This document shows positions 1 to 12,263 of a DNA stretch of 64,000 nt, piece by piece. The notes below the pieces were generated by a model. It did no database searches. It saw nothing but the letters and a program-made list of their open reading frames with translations, and was not told where the DNA came from. The stretch's first letter is position 1, and the number at the start of each line of letters is the position of its first letter. The DNA comes from Tubiluchus corallicola (lineage: Eukaryota > Animalia > Priapulida), in the NCBI GenBank assembly GCA_030141605.1, contig JAQGDQ010000756.1:1-64000 (forward strand), in the 5' to 3' direction. Both the position numbers and the translations under genes were made by a program.

Positions 1-76
1 AAATCTGAAATGTTTGCTTGTGATGTGAGAGCAGGTAATTTATAAACTATTAAAGCAAATCTTGTGGAATTTGTAG

Positions 77-293
77 GTGGCGTGTCCCCCGACAACGTCC
101 TGACTACCGTCCGCAATGGTGACCCACAGAATGGTGACCCAATGTACAGCGCTCTCAGCGTGTCTCCGACAGATTCGGAACTACAGATGTCCGTCCCGGG
201 AAAGAAAGTTCATGCTGTACAGAAGAGAGGTGCCACACCCAGCACGGACGATTCCGGTGTTCTTCTGTCCGACAACGGCACCCAGACAGAAAG
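77..293 (+). CDS. SPATA1: SPATA1-like internal exon (GVSPDNVLTT...DDSGVLLSDNGTQTE)
   Basis: ttgtag| acceptor and AG|gttggt donor. Ends in phase 2, matching the exon at 1323. GC-richer than its flanks. Confidence 0.6.
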
Positions 294-493
294 GTTGGTC
301 TTGTATCAGGTGTAATTATTGGCATGCGCTGCTTGGAACTATGTTGATGCTTGATCCCCTTAATCACCTTGATCAGAATCAAGGATCAAGGATGACTCCG
401 GTGTTTCTCTGTCCGACAACGGCACCCAAACAGAAAGGTTAGAACTATGTTCAAAAAAGTGGAATCCATGGAAGTAAGGATCAAGAAATTTAA

Positions 494-1031
494 AGGAAAA
501 CAGGATGATTGTGGAAATACGAGTTCAGAATAAAGAATGCTCTAAAATATTGAAAACTACAATAGCTTATTTTAAATCAAAGCTTAGATTAAATAATAAT
601 TACGTCAGACACTCAAATTTTGTTAAACTTTTAAAGCTACGCGTGGCTCAGTGAATCTACTAAGACTGGCAATGATGCCTTTTCGTCACATTCGCGTGGC
701 CGACAAATAGAAGGCGGTACCGTGATAGCCATGATCATGAACTGCAGTTTTAGTTTCTGACGTCATATGACGTAGAGCCCATTTTCGTGACATCACGCAT
801 TTAAGCAGTAATACTTACGCAAACGTGCTTGACTCACAAGGGGAGATGCCTGCCATTGCACAAACTGTAGTTAGTTTCTGAGCAATAGCTGTGTTCGGTT
901 GCCATTAATTAACTTTCTAAGCAAATTATTCAAATATAAGAAACAATTGCTAACTTTTATAGGTAAGAAAATGTATATTTTCGACAGTAAATTTAAATGA
1001 GATTGAGTCTAAACAATCGTCCGGTCTATCT
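494..1031. mobile_element. Non-autonomous DNA transposon, Kolobok-like (family A, copy 1)
   Basis: TTAA on both sides and AG...CT termini. Imperfect ~19-bp TIRs (AGGAAAACAGGATGATTGT / ACAATCGTCCGGTCTATCT). A full-length second copy lies at 34737. Confidence 0.8.
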
Positions 1032-1322
1032 TTAATGCATGTATGTCCATGTTTTTATCAGTCTTAAGTCTTAGATACAGTGTACGTTATGAAGCTTCAG
1101 TTTTACACAAAAATAGAAGAAAATGCCCTAAGATTTTTTGATACATTTTTAACTTTTTCTTGGTGGTTTACATAGGAGAAAATTATGTGATTTTTATCTT
1201 TAACGAGTAACACATTCATGTCTGAAAAATGCTGCCTGATTGGTTGCTTTTAATGACCATTTTGTGTGTAATGTTGCATTAAATCAACAACAGTACATTT
1301 ATACATTGTATTTTTAATGCAG

Positions 1323-1745
1323 TTCTATGAAGGACGAATCGGTCTCTGCCGACTACGGCTACAATGTCGAAACTGGACAATATGACATACTGACCGACGA
1401 GGAAATAGCTCGAAACGAAACGGTGAAGGGTCTTCGCCGCCCGGAAGCGTACGCGGCGGCCGAGCAGGGCATCCGAGTTGCCAAGAAGCGGAAGGGCGGC
1501 GGAGGCATTCCCAGGAGAATAACAAACAAATCCAAAAACCCGAAAGAAAACGAAGCGAAAATGAGTACGGTAGACGAGTCGGCAGTAAACGGTGGTGATA
1601 ATGCGGAAGTTGCCGACGATGTTGTACTTAATGAAGCGAGAAGGATCGAGCACATGGAGAACGGAATTGACGTGGACGAGGTTGGATCAGGTTTACCGGA
1701 GAACAGGAGCAGTGAAAATGACTTAAGCCTACCACTTACTCTGAG
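1323..1745 (+). CDS. SPATA1: SPATA1-like internal exon (acidic, low-complexity region)
   Basis: tttttaatgcag| acceptor and AG|gtgact donor. Open frame equals ORF 1327..1749, with coding-like composition. Confidence 0.8.
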
Positions 1746-2329
1746 GTGACTATTATTCGTTTTATTAGTATAATAAACTGTGTCTTAATGTAATGAGTTT
1801 GTGGGTTTGTCAGTACTCGGTAGAGGTGAACGTTCTTTACCAGAAAATGAATTCAAATCAAATCTTTTAAACTGGCATCAAACTGAATTTCCAGATTAAT
1901 CTTAATCGAACTCGAATGCATTTGATTTCTCAAATAAATTTTCTACTCACTAACAGAAACAGTCTCACAAAGATCTTGCATATTACTCGATTTTGTTCTG
2001 CAGTAAAAGCGCAAACAATTTGTTAAAAATTTATGCACAGAAATTGAAACTATATCGCTCTGAATTGAATTTGAGGTAAAAAAGTCGTTTGAATCGAATT
2101 GGAACGTTCAATTTTGATCCGAATGCTCACTCAGAGTCAGTGCTCACAATTAGTTCAGATATTAAACAGTTAAGGCTGATCTCAGAAATAGCAAATGAAC
2201 CAGCACTTTAATTTACTCTGCCATGATGTACAGGGCACAAGCGTGAGGGGACAGAAAATTCTTCTGGAGTTCAGTGACTGTTAATTATTAATTACTAAAT
2301 CAGTCGATTAATCAGTCGGAAACTATGTA

Positions 2330-2720
2330 CTCCCTCTTCCAAAAACAAATATAATGAAACAGTCATCAAAATATAATGATATTAAAATATGGTCATCAAT
2401 TCCGCGTGAAATGAAAACTCTTAATCTTTATCAATTTAAAAAAGCATCAAAGAATTACCTACTACAACGGTATAATTAACTCACAATTTTACTCATCCTG
2501 ATCTTAAGTTACTAACAAAACTTATTTTGTTCTAATGTACGTTATAACTGATGAAAATGTAATGTTAATTGTCAATTGTTTCACTTATCTGGAGGAGGAC
2601 TCGAAAGCTCAATGCTCCTTCCCCCTCCTCACAGTAACTCGCATAGTTTATTTATTTTTTTCAATGTTATATCAATTTATATGTATTAATAGATGTATTT
2701 ATATGTATTTATATGTATTT
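2330..2720 (+). mobile_element. CR1/L2-group LINE 3' fragment
   Basis: Translates as LPKTNIMKQSSKYNDIKIWSSIPREMKTLNLYQFKKASKNYLL, like the conserved ORF2 C-terminus (T...K.S..Y.G.KIWN.LP...K......FK..LK..L). Followed by an AT-rich 3' UTR. Confidence 0.6.
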
Positions 2721-2909
2721 ACAGAACCGACATTAACAAATCAATTAACATTTTTTCCTAAAAAGAAAATTGCCTAGTCAGAGGTCATCATAGCTGACTT
2801 ACAGCCTAAAAAAAGGCTAATGTTGTTACTTAACGGTAGTTTTAGGATGTCGTGTGGTTTGGCAGATCAATAATTTGGGAGAAACATTGAAGTTATTATG
2901 CTGCCTGAT

Positions 2910-3017
2910 TACTTAGCCTGATTTCCTTTTAAAGGCAGGTTTTCAACATTGAAGTTAATACAAATGCCGATTGTATTATCGTGAAAACCTGCCTTTAAAA
3001 GGAAATCAGGCTAAGTA
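2910..3017. repeat. Perfect 36-bp inverted repeat with a 36-nt spacer (hairpin / mini-MITE)
   Basis: TACTTAGCCTGATTTCCTTTTAAAGGCAGGTTTTCA (2910-2945) has its exact reverse complement at 2982-3017. Confidence 0.9.
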
Positions 3018-3493
3018 GGTTTGACTACGATATAGAACATAGAACATTTTATTTTCTCCAACTAGTTTGATATAAAAATTTTTTTAAATATTACGTAATT
3101 ATTATCCTGGAGCAGGGCAGGGAAGGACCATAGGGTCATCTAGTCTCCTGCCCTTTCTTGTAAATAGATTAGTATATTAAAATTAAATGGTGATGCTGCA
3201 GATAACAAAAACAAAAAATAAATAAGAAAAAAATAATAATAAAAACAGTATAAATGATACAAATTATCAAAAAAGTAGTGAAAACAAAAAATGATAAAGT
3301 TAGATACCTAAATCTAAACAAAACAATACAATTAATCAGTAATTATTAGGGTAATAATCAGTAATTGTCATACAATAGGGGTCTTATTAACAAGAGAATT
3401 TGACCAATGTAAGTAAGTAAAGTTAAAAAACTGAGAGTATATAAATTTTGTAACTCATTTTGCATGTGTTATCGATTATTTTTTACATTTCAG

Positions 3494-3538
3494 TGACGAG
3501 AGTTTGACAACGTCACGGTCGAGTGGAAGTCAGAAAAG
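3494..3538 (+). CDS. SPATA1: SPATA1-like 45-nt exon (SDESLTTSRSSGSQK)
   Basis: catttcag| acceptor and AG|gtttag donor; phase 2-2. Confidence 0.7.
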
Positions 3539-3607
3539 GTTTAGTAATTATATACGTCTTCTTGATTCTAAAATGATCGTTTTACTAGGATGTGGTTTAG
3601 GATAAAA

Positions 3608-4310
3608 GTGGTTTGTGTTGAAAGTGATGTGGTTTCTTTCTGTGTGTTGAAAGTGATGTGGTTTCTTTCTGTGTGTTGAAAGTGATGTGGTTTCTTTCTG
3701 TGTGTTGAAAGTGATGTGGTTTCTTTCTGTGTGTTGAAAGTGATGTGGTTTCTTTCTGTGTGTTGAAAGTGATGTGGTTTCTTTCTGTGTGTTGAAAGTG
3801 ATGTGGTTTCTTTCTGTGTGTTGAAAGTGATGTGGTTTCTTTCTGTGTGTTGAAAGTGATGTGGTTTCTTTCTGTGTGTTGAAAGTGATGTGGTTTCTTT
3901 CTGTGTGTTGAAAGTGATGTGGTTTCTTTCTGTGTGTTGAGAGTGATGTGGTTTCTTTCTGTGTGTTGAAAGTGATGTGGTTTCTTTCTGTGTGTTGAGA
4001 GTGATGTGGTTTCTTTCTGTGTGTTGAAAGTGATGTGGTTTCTTTCTGTGTGTTGAAAGTGATGTGGTTTCTTTCTGTGTGTTGAAAGTGATGTGGTTTC
4101 TTTCTGTGTGTTGAAAGTGATGTGGTTTCTTTCTGTGTGTTGAAAGTGATGTGGTTTCTTTCTGTGTGTTGAAAGTGATGTGGTTTCTTTCTGTGTGTTG
4201 AAAGTGATGTGGTTTCTTTCTGTGTGTTGAAGGTGATGTGGTTTCTTTCTGTGTGTTGAGAGTGATGGGGTTTCTTTCTGTGTGTTGAAAGTGATGTGGT
4301 TTCTTTCTGT
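3608..4310. repeat. 29-bp minisatellite, ~24 copies
   Basis: Unit GTGTGTTGAAAGTGATGTGGTTTCTTTCT, nearly homogeneous. Confidence 0.95.
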
Positions 4311-5077
4311 TCTCATCTTATTACATCTAAGCGCACGTATACTTTGCTAGCTTAGGTAGTTAGTTTGTTTTTTGACATTAACGTAAGAAAATGCGCTGTA
4401 AAATTTACAACAAATTTAAAGCTTACAACGAATGTCCATCTTGTATATTACACTCGTATCTCGGTTTGCCGCATAAAAGTGGGGAGATGTCGGTTCAAAT
4501 TTGCCAATCGTCCGTATTTACTGATACTAAGCTAATACTGTAGGCACCGTGTATTAGACTCACGGTAATGTAGAATTAATCGTCTAATTGTTTCAGAAAC
4601 GTCTAGTACCATCTAATTCATTATTTGAAAAAGACTTTAACATCCTCAGCATAGATGATTGTTCATTAGTAACTAGTAATTACTAGGCATATTGTAAAAC
4701 GCAATTATGAAATATTGTAGTAAATCAGCTAACTTTTCTCGAAATCTGTTGCTGATGCTGAGGTGAACTAGAACAAGGAAACACGTCTAGCTGAACAATG
4801 CTGGCTCTACTGATTGGCAACAATAGGCTTTATAAAAACCTAAACTACGTCACGTGACATGTTTAGAGTGCATAGAAATGGGTGACCGACATTAGCCGAT
4901 GGGCGATATTACCCCAATAAACCCCATTGCCCAGACGTATGGTCTGACACTTATTTTATCTTTTATGCTAATCATTTCAGCTTAAGTCAAATCCGTCTCT
5001 TCTTGCCTGTTACATAATGATAGTATGCGTTGTTATTCTCTCACGTTCTAGTAATTTTAATGTAACCGGCAAAACTG

Positions 5078-5910
5078 TACAGAATTATACATTTCATTGA
5101 TTCAATATGCAGAATTATACATTTCATTGATTCAATATACAGATTATACATTTCATTGATTCAATATACAGAATTATACATTTCATTGATTCAATATACA
5201 GAATTATACATTTCATTGATTCCATATACAGAATTATACATTTCATTGATTCAATATACAGAATTATACATTTCATTGATTCGATATACAGAATTATACA
5301 TTTCATTGATTTGATATACAGAATTATACATTTCATTGATGCAATATACAGAATTATACATTTCATTGATTCAATATACAGATTATACATTTCATTGATT
5401 CAATATACAGAATTATACATTTCATTGATTCAAAATACAGAATTATACATTTCATTGATTCAATATACAGAATTATACATTTCATTGATTCCATATACAG
5501 AATTATACATTTCATTGATTCAATATACAGAATTATACATTTCATTGATTCGATATACAGAATTATACATTTCATTGATTTGATATACAGAATTATACAT
5601 TTCATTGATGCAATATACAGAATTATACATTTCATTGATTCAATATACAGATTATACATTTCATTGATTCAATATACAGAATTATACATTTCATTGATTC
5701 AAAATACAGAATTATACATTTCATTGATTCAATATACAGAATTATACATTTCATTGATTCCATATACAGAATTATACATTTCATTGATTCAATATACAGA
5801 ATTATACATTTCATTGATTCGATATACAGAATTATACATTTCATTGATTTGATATACAGAATTATACATTTCATTGACTCAATACACAAAATTATACACT
5901 TTATTGATTC
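5078..5910. repeat. 30-bp minisatellite with a 269-bp higher-order period
   Basis: Unit TACAGAATTATACATTTCATTGATTCAATA. The variant order (cca, cga, tga, gca, 1-bp deletion) recurs every 269 bp. Confidence 0.95.
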
Positions 5911-6149
5911 ACACTAATGAGCTGATAGGCTTTCAATGACATTTGTTGATTAATATCGACTTCTTGCACACAATGAGAGATCGATTTCTTTCAATTTGTT
6001 GACGAGAGCAACGTGGTTGAAAGGTGCGTGAAGCCAACCAGCCACTTTACCTGCCGTCAAGTATAGATAACAAAACTCATTGGATGACATGAAAATTTTT
6101 GATCCTTGAACTGTTCTTCCGGGGGAATCAAGTACATTGATCCATTGTA

Positions 6150-6769
6150 CCGTGTTCCCTCACCTATCATGGGTATTCCGTTCCAGGCCCACCTGCGATA
6201 AGTGAATTTCCGCGAAGTAGGGACTCTATACTTATTTTTTAGTAGTTATACATTATTTTAAGTCTTTATAAACCCTCCCCACACTCTTGTACATAACCCT
6301 TTCCCATTCCCTTAATAACTTTTCCCATGCTGTACATGTACGTTTTAAAAAACTTTACTTAAATGTTCATAAAATGTCCATTGTGTTGTGTACAATCTCA
6401 CTTCGGCAAGTAGCATCTCAAGCGGGCGCAATTACTACATTTCGTTTTTGGTGTGTATTCATCCGCCGAATAAATACACTATTTACTGTAAATGGTAATT
6501 TTTTATGATTTATAATATCCTTTTAATGTTAGAATTAATATTTTTAATATATTTTTATACGTTTTCTGATTTTTTATGCAAAATTCATCGAATCTATACA
6601 TTACTGTACAATACGTACTACGCATGTGCAAAAATACATTGGACGGAGTACCACAAAACCCCACAAAACAGCAAAAATACCACGATAAATATTTTACATT
6701 AATATTTTCGGAAACCCGCGTAACAGCGAGTCCACAATAAACGAATCGCAAAGTAGCGAGGGAACACTG
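6150..6769. mobile_element. Tc1/mariner (pogo/Tigger-like) MITE
   Basis: TA|CCGTGTTCCCTCAC ... GCGAGGGAACACTG|TA: TIRs with a TA duplication. Confidence 0.75.
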
Positions 6770-7474
6770 TATATGCATTGCAGGAGTGAAATAAATTTAT
6801 TTGATTTGATTTGAACCCAAGACTCTGCATTTTTGGAGGCCATGTAGAACCACACATACTGTATAAGAACATGTATTTGCCTGCTTTGCACTGCTCAATG
6901 GATATGATAGTTTAATTGTAGTAAAAAAGGAGCATGTTGTAATCTTTCAATATTTTGTGTTTGATTTCTGCTTTGTACTTTTACACTTGTCTTCCTTAGA
7001 GTACCTTATTTGTATCATCATCAATAAGCCTTTTCACAGTTCCAGCGATTGAAGCTGACCGTGAAAAGGTCCAAGGTTAAGTGTACCAGACAACAGATTT
7101 GTGTGCTTGACAACTCCTCACAGCCCATGCTATTGTAATAGTAACAGTTTTAACAGCTAGCTAGAATCTTACCTAGTTCATTTTTTCTTGTTGCCAAGCA
7201 AAATCCTGCTAGTAAATCATTCTACGCACACACTAATGCATAATTGAGTAAAATCCATGTAAAACAAACTGAAGTTATTGAACCGATGTGGCAGATGGCT
7301 TTGCTTTACCCACATCATTTGACGGTTGTAGTTAAGACGCGTTGCTGCGGTACACTTAACCTTTGACCTACACTAACTGTGCATGAGCACGACGAAACTG
7401 TGAAAAGGTTTATTGCTTCCGAAGACTGACGTTAATGCGCAAGTTGTTAATGTGAATTACTTTTGTGCACACAG

Positions 7475-7593
7475 GTTAAGCACAGTGAGAGAGACGGATG
7501 CGAGCGAAGCCAGTTTCAACGGATCGGAAGTCTCTCAGGATGACCGCATGATGCAAAATCATCAAGTTGCTGCTGACCAGACTGACCAAGATA
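7475..7593 (+). CDS. SPATA1: SPATA1-like exon (RLSTVRETDASEASF...DQTDQD)
   Basis: acacag| acceptor and |gtgagt donor; phase 2-1. Confidence 0.75.
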
Positions 7594-7965
7594 GTGAGTC
7601 TAACTTCATTTCTGTAATATGTGTTTAGCATGAGCTTTAATTTTTGTTTTAATTAAAATTCGTGCTTAATTCTAGAACACGCAACCTGAAGATTTGAATC
7701 AACTCTAGTGCATTAATAAAAAACATAAACACACGGCAGCAGTAAAAAATTAAAAAGTCTGAAAAAGTTTTGCGCCTCCACTGGGACTTGAACTCAAGCC
7801 TCTGCTATCCTGTTGGCTTGCCATTACACAGCAGAAGCACGCTACTTTTTGCTCCAAGTAGTGTGCCATTATTGCTAATCCTCGTGGCTAAGCAGATTTA
7901 TCAATTGTTTGCTTAAATTAATTAGCTGAATCTTCGCATTGATTTTTATTGATTTTTAACAAAAG

Positions 7966-8094
7966 GTGACGAGCATAAACAAGCTCAGTATCAGTTCGTG
8001 AAGGAAGAATGTCGTATGATGGAAAGAAAGTATGAAGATCTGGTGAAGAAGGCAAAACAGCTACAGAACCGGACGGGTCAAAGACGCAACGAAG
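7966..8094 (+). CDS. SPATA1: SPATA1-like exon (SDEHKQAQYQFVKEECRMMERKYEDLVKKAKQLQ...RRNE)
   Basis: aag| acceptor after a T-rich tract and G|gtttgt donor; heptad-like coiled coil. Confidence 0.8.
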
Positions 8095-8707
8095 GTTTGT
8101 TGTCGTTTGTGCAACTTTGTGCAACGCTGTTTGTGTCATTGTCATTAATAAGCCTTTTCACAGTATCAAGAAACTTCATACACACTGGACACTCATTAAT
8201 CTATCGTAGTGTCCTCCGTTCGAGTGTGTACACTGCCCCGCCTCTTGGCCCGGGGTCCAACTTGAACAAATCTGCCTAACTGGCTTAAAACTGGCACGGC
8301 TAGTGATGTTATAATTTACTGCCAATGTCTCGGTGATGGTACATTTATCTTTAGTGTCAGTAAAATGCAGTCCAATGTTTTAAGTAATTTAAAACTATTC
8401 TTTCTCTACAGCAAACTTTCCTGGTTGTGTATGTTTTTAGTAAAATCATTCAGCTGTCAACTTTTTCCAGCGAAGCTGCCAATTAACGATGTCATTAATT
8501 AGGTCATGACTGCAAGTGGCAGAATGTTCATAAAGTATTGCAGAATTATTTTACCACAATTATCACACCCGTTGCAGGTAATGAGTTGTGCTGAAAAAGG
8601 GTGCTGAAGTTGTGAAGAGGGTGCTGAAAAGGGGTGCTGAAGTTGTGAAGAAAGAGGGTGCTGAAAAGGGGTGCTGAAGTTGTGAAGAAAGAGAGTGCTG
8701 AAAAATT

Positions 8708-8779
8708 GGGACTAATCGGGACTTGAACTCGAGACCTGGGATTAATACTTCCATGCTCTGTCAGCTGAAGTACCAGTCC
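8708..8779 (-). pseudogene. Degenerate tRNA / tRNA-derived SINE head
   Basis: Minus strand GGACTGG-TA-CTTCAGCTGACAGAGC-A-TGGAA-GTATTAA-TCCCA-GGTC-TCGAG-TTCAAGT-CCCGA-TTAGTCC. Cloverleaf spacing with a paired acceptor stem, but mismatches in the D, anticodon and T stems. Confidence 0.6.
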
Positions 8780-9083
8780 ATCCGAGATGTTATCCTTGTT
8801 GAACACACAATACAACAGCACCACCTGTACCCATGTCACAGTAGGGAGATACTTATGACATTAAATTTTTCTCAAATTAGCTGGCAATTAACGATATCGT
8901 TAATTAGATTATGATTGTGAATTACAAATCCCGAGTTTTCGGTGTCTGCTTTCTCTCAGCTCATTACCCGCAATGGGCGATAATTGTTGTGAAATGAACC
9001 ACAATTCTTGATGAACATTCTTTCACAGTTGTAACCTAATTAAAGCGTATAGATGTTTTGATGTGCTGTTTTCGTTTCCTTAG

Positions 9084-9250
9084 CGAGGGATTTGTGGAAG
9101 AGGCGCTATTTTGAGGAAAAGAAGAAATCTCCAGGACTGGAAGATCAGTGTTTAAGGCACCGCAATAACCTCGATGGTGTCTACAAACGATTAGTTTCTC
9201 AAATTGAGTCAAAGGACACGAACAAAGGCAGAGATAAGCCTTCACTAAAG
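9084..9250 (+). CDS. SPATA1: SPATA1-like exon (ARDLWKRRYFEEKKKSPGLEDQC...KPSLK)
   Basis: tttccttag| acceptor and AAG|gtaatc donor. Carries the WK.RYFEEKK motif. Confidence 0.85.
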
Positions 9251-9394
9251 GTAATCAGTGTCTGATGTATTACTATCAATGTGTGGTGTAGTACTATTAG
9301 TGTGTGGTGTAGTATTATCAATATGTGCAATGTAGTGCTATAAATCGTATATATTAGTTTCAGTATATATATATACCCAAGCAAGATCCTGCTA

Positions 9395-10070
9395 GTATAT
9401 ATATATATAACCGACGAGGCTACAGCTGCGATGACAGTACCATTTATGACGATCTATACATCAAACGAAATATCTCCACCCACAGGTTCGCACCTGGGGG
9501 TTTATTTTTCGAATCGGGTCCACTGTGAGGAACGGGGGGGGGGGCAAAAAACCTCCAAACATGGCCCTTTTTCGCAAAAATTTGCCAAACTTATAATAGT
9601 TGTTGGTAATAGTAAGATGGCCCATTCAACGGTGGGTGTTATAGTCATATTTAGATTTCGGTTAGATTTAGATTTGGAGGGCCACAGTGTCCGGTGACTG
9701 GCATTTTCCCGGACCCAGCTCCCGATTTTTTCGAAATTTTGGCCAAACAGGCTGTAGAAAAAACGTTCTAGCAGCGTTCAGTTTAGAAAGAGGAAGAACA
9801 GGGCTACATGATGGATATTTTAGAACACGTCCACCAAGAGGAGTACTGGCGAGTTAATTAGATTAACTAGTTTCAGCAATTTTCGCTTGGAAAACTGCTG
9901 ACGCAAGCAGTTGCTGTGACGTCATCCATTATACTCTGTCTATAACCTTATATCCTTAATTCAGTAAAAGCTGCTGGCTTTGCAGTATAAATGAGGACTA
10001 TGTAGGATGTTCGCATATTTTTGATTATAAGTGTATTTATATGCAAAATTTTTTGCAGGGCCTTTGCTAG
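9395..10070 (+). mobile_element. Non-autonomous Helitron
   Basis: Starts in a (TA)n run. Ends with the hairpin TGCAAAA-TT-TTTTGCA, then ...CTAG|T. An inverted partial copy at 46626-46935 ends at the same CTAG. Confidence 0.65.
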
Positions 10071-10409
10071 TCAAACTATTAATTTTCTTGCTGTCTTCCG
10101 ATTGATGGCATACTCAGTTGGAATAAATATTCTAGGAAAAATTCAACTGTAACTATTATCTGGGATGATAGAACATTTTAGAAAAGTCGAACGCATGATC
10201 GAGATTTCTTATAGTACATATTATGTTTTCATGCAGCTCTGCACTCTGCAGGCTATAGTACAGAATACAATACTCGACAGTGGGGACAAAACCCAAATGT
10301 GATTCATTATCACAGCCAATGCGACTAAGTTTAATATGAGCCACTGAACTGGCCGAGGTGTTCTAACTACATTTAGTTGCGTGAATACATTCGTCCTTTA
10401 CGAGGTAGA

Positions 10410-10728
10410 CCTTATCTTAGACCTTAGTCCTTCCCGTGCACGGATGCACATTGGGCAGACAGAATTTTCTGGGTTCTATCGGCGGCTTCTCTTTCGATGT
10501 TCTCCCAACGTCTGTTCATAGCCCGAAGGTCTTTTTTGAAAGATCTACGCCACGTTGTTTTTGGCCGACCTCTTTTCCTTTTTCCACCAGGTGGTTCCCA
10601 GCGTAACGCTATTTTGGAGTGGCGTTGTTCTGGTAGGCGTAGAATATGTCCAGCCAGTCTCAGCCTTCTCTCTGCGACTATTTCCTGCAACCGCCTTGAC
10701 TGCGCCTGCTGTAGGACTTCCACATTCC
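10410..10728 (-). mobile_element. 5'-truncated RTE-type LINE with a 10-bp TSD
   Basis: RRLRLAGHILRLPEQRHSKIALRWEPPGGKRKRGRPKTTWRR is a typical RTE ORF C-terminus. ACGAGGTAGA is duplicated at 10400-10409 and 10729-10738. Short repeat tail. Confidence 0.85.
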
Positions 10729-11164
10729 ACGAGGTAGATAGTTTGAATCAAAATGAACATGCCAAATGAACCACTTAGAACAAGTACTGAAATGATTCAT
10801 CCATCCATTAACTGGGCAGCTCCGCCGCCATTCTTAATCTCGGTCACCAAGTTCAGTGTCGTGACCACACAGCTGTGCGCTCCACCTTGTATCGTAATTG
10901 TGTATTTATGTATTTTATGTTCGATAGTAAAGAGTTAGTGATGTCTTATATACATTGTAGTTTTAACTACTTTAAAAATACTTTACATTGTAGTTAACTG
11001 ACCTATAGTGTTGCATAGGTAAAAATTACAATTGGGCAAGTATTCATAAAATATGTATCAAATTATTGTGAAATTACAGGTTTGCAAGCTGCTACATGTT
11101 TTTTTTGTCCTTTGTTGGTTGTTGCTAGGTTACAGCAGTGCATCTCCCTCATTCTCTGTTTCAG

Positions 11165-11263
11165 GGAAGTCAAAAGGTGACAGCCGTGAAGCTGATGCAA
11201 GAGACTGAAGATCTCAGGAGAAGACTAGATGATGATAAGTTGAAGCTGACATCCGAAGTCAAG
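11165..11263 (+). CDS. SPATA1: SPATA1-like exon (GSQKVTAVKLMQETEDLRRRLDDDKLKLTSEVK)
   Basis: tgtttcag| acceptor and AAG|gtgtgc donor; 99 nt, phase 0-0. Confidence 0.85.
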
Positions 11264-11286
11264 GTGTGCTTGGTCGCATTTATATA

Positions 11287-11825
11287 CAGCAAGTCCTCGC
11301 TTAGCGATGCCGATATATTTCAGTAAAACACGTCGTTAAATGAAACGTTGCTAAGAGGAGCATCGTTAAGCTCGCTTAGCGACTCCAATACATTTCAGTA
11401 AAACACATCGTTAAATGAAGCGTTGCTAAGCGGAGCGCCGTTAAGCTCGCTTAGCGACTCCAATACATTTCAGTAAAACACGTCGTTAAATGAAACGTCG
11501 CTAAGAGGAGCATCGTTAAGCTCGCTTAGCGACTCCAATACATTTCAGTAGACACGTCGTTAAATGAAACGTTGCTAAGCGGAGCGTCGTTAAGCTCGCT
11601 TAGCTACTCCAATACATTTCAGTAGAACACGTCGTTAAATGAAACGTCACTAAGCGGAGCATCGTTAAGCTCGCTTAGCGACTCCAATACATTTCAGTAA
11701 AACACATCGTTAAATGAAATGTCGCTAAGCGGAGCGTCGTTAAGTGGAGCGTGTTAAGCTCGCTTAGTGACTCCAATACATTTCAGTAAAACACGTCGTT
11801 AAATGAAGCGTTGCTAAGCAGAACG
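11287..11825. repeat. ~59-bp tandem array behind a Tigger-like terminus (TA|CAGCAAGTCCTCGC)
   Basis: About 9 copies of CTCGCTTAGCGACTCCAATACATTTCAGTAAAACACGTCGTTAAATGAAACGTTGCTAAGCGGAGC-type units; the unit length is approximate. No right TIR is seen, and the array abuts the Kolobok fragment. Confidence 0.7.
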
Positions 11826-11829
11826 TCAT

Positions 11830-12128
11830 TCATATTTACTGCTGTGCACACTCATGAGTTGTCAGACACATTCAGTACATCACAAACTAACTCATGTGAA
11901 CTGTTTTTGTGCAATGCGCTCCCGAAATACAAGCACTAGTGCCCGTCTAACTAGCTAATGGTGAAATGCATGCAACAGCGAAGAACTAGTGGCACAAACG
12001 TGAAATTGTGTTTGTGTGGTAATAATTCTTTCACATAAGTCATTCTTTAAAATACAGTCTGTTTCCTTTCAATATTTTAAAGAGCAGATTGTTCTGACCT
12101 GCAGTTTAAGATTGGATCCGATTTTGCT
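11830..12128 (+). mobile_element. Kolobok-like family B, 3' fragment
   Basis: gcccgtctaactagc...gaagaactagtggc...ttttgctttaa matches 58940-59129. Confidence 0.65.
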
Positions 12129-12263
12129 TTAAGCGTACCCAAATCTGGCCATTAAATGGTTGGGTGACTGCCAGTTAAATTACCACTTCATTCCTGGTTT
12201 TTATCAGCTCACTGAAACGTTTGCATTTACGCCTGTTGTAAAACTGGTCCATTTATTTTTCAG

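Noticed and set aside
1327-1749. Stand-alone 140-aa gene
   Set aside because: It is bounded by splice sites in phase with the neighbouring exons, so it is an internal SPATA1-like exon.
1820-2135. Possible old hAT-type MITE (TAGAGGTGAACG ... GAATGCTCACTC, with GAATCGAAT motifs)
   Set aside because: The TIRs are too degraded and no TSD is visible.
8708-8779. Functional tRNA gene
   Set aside because: There are mismatches in three stems and the anticodon loop is non-canonical, so it is treated as a pseudogene or SINE head.
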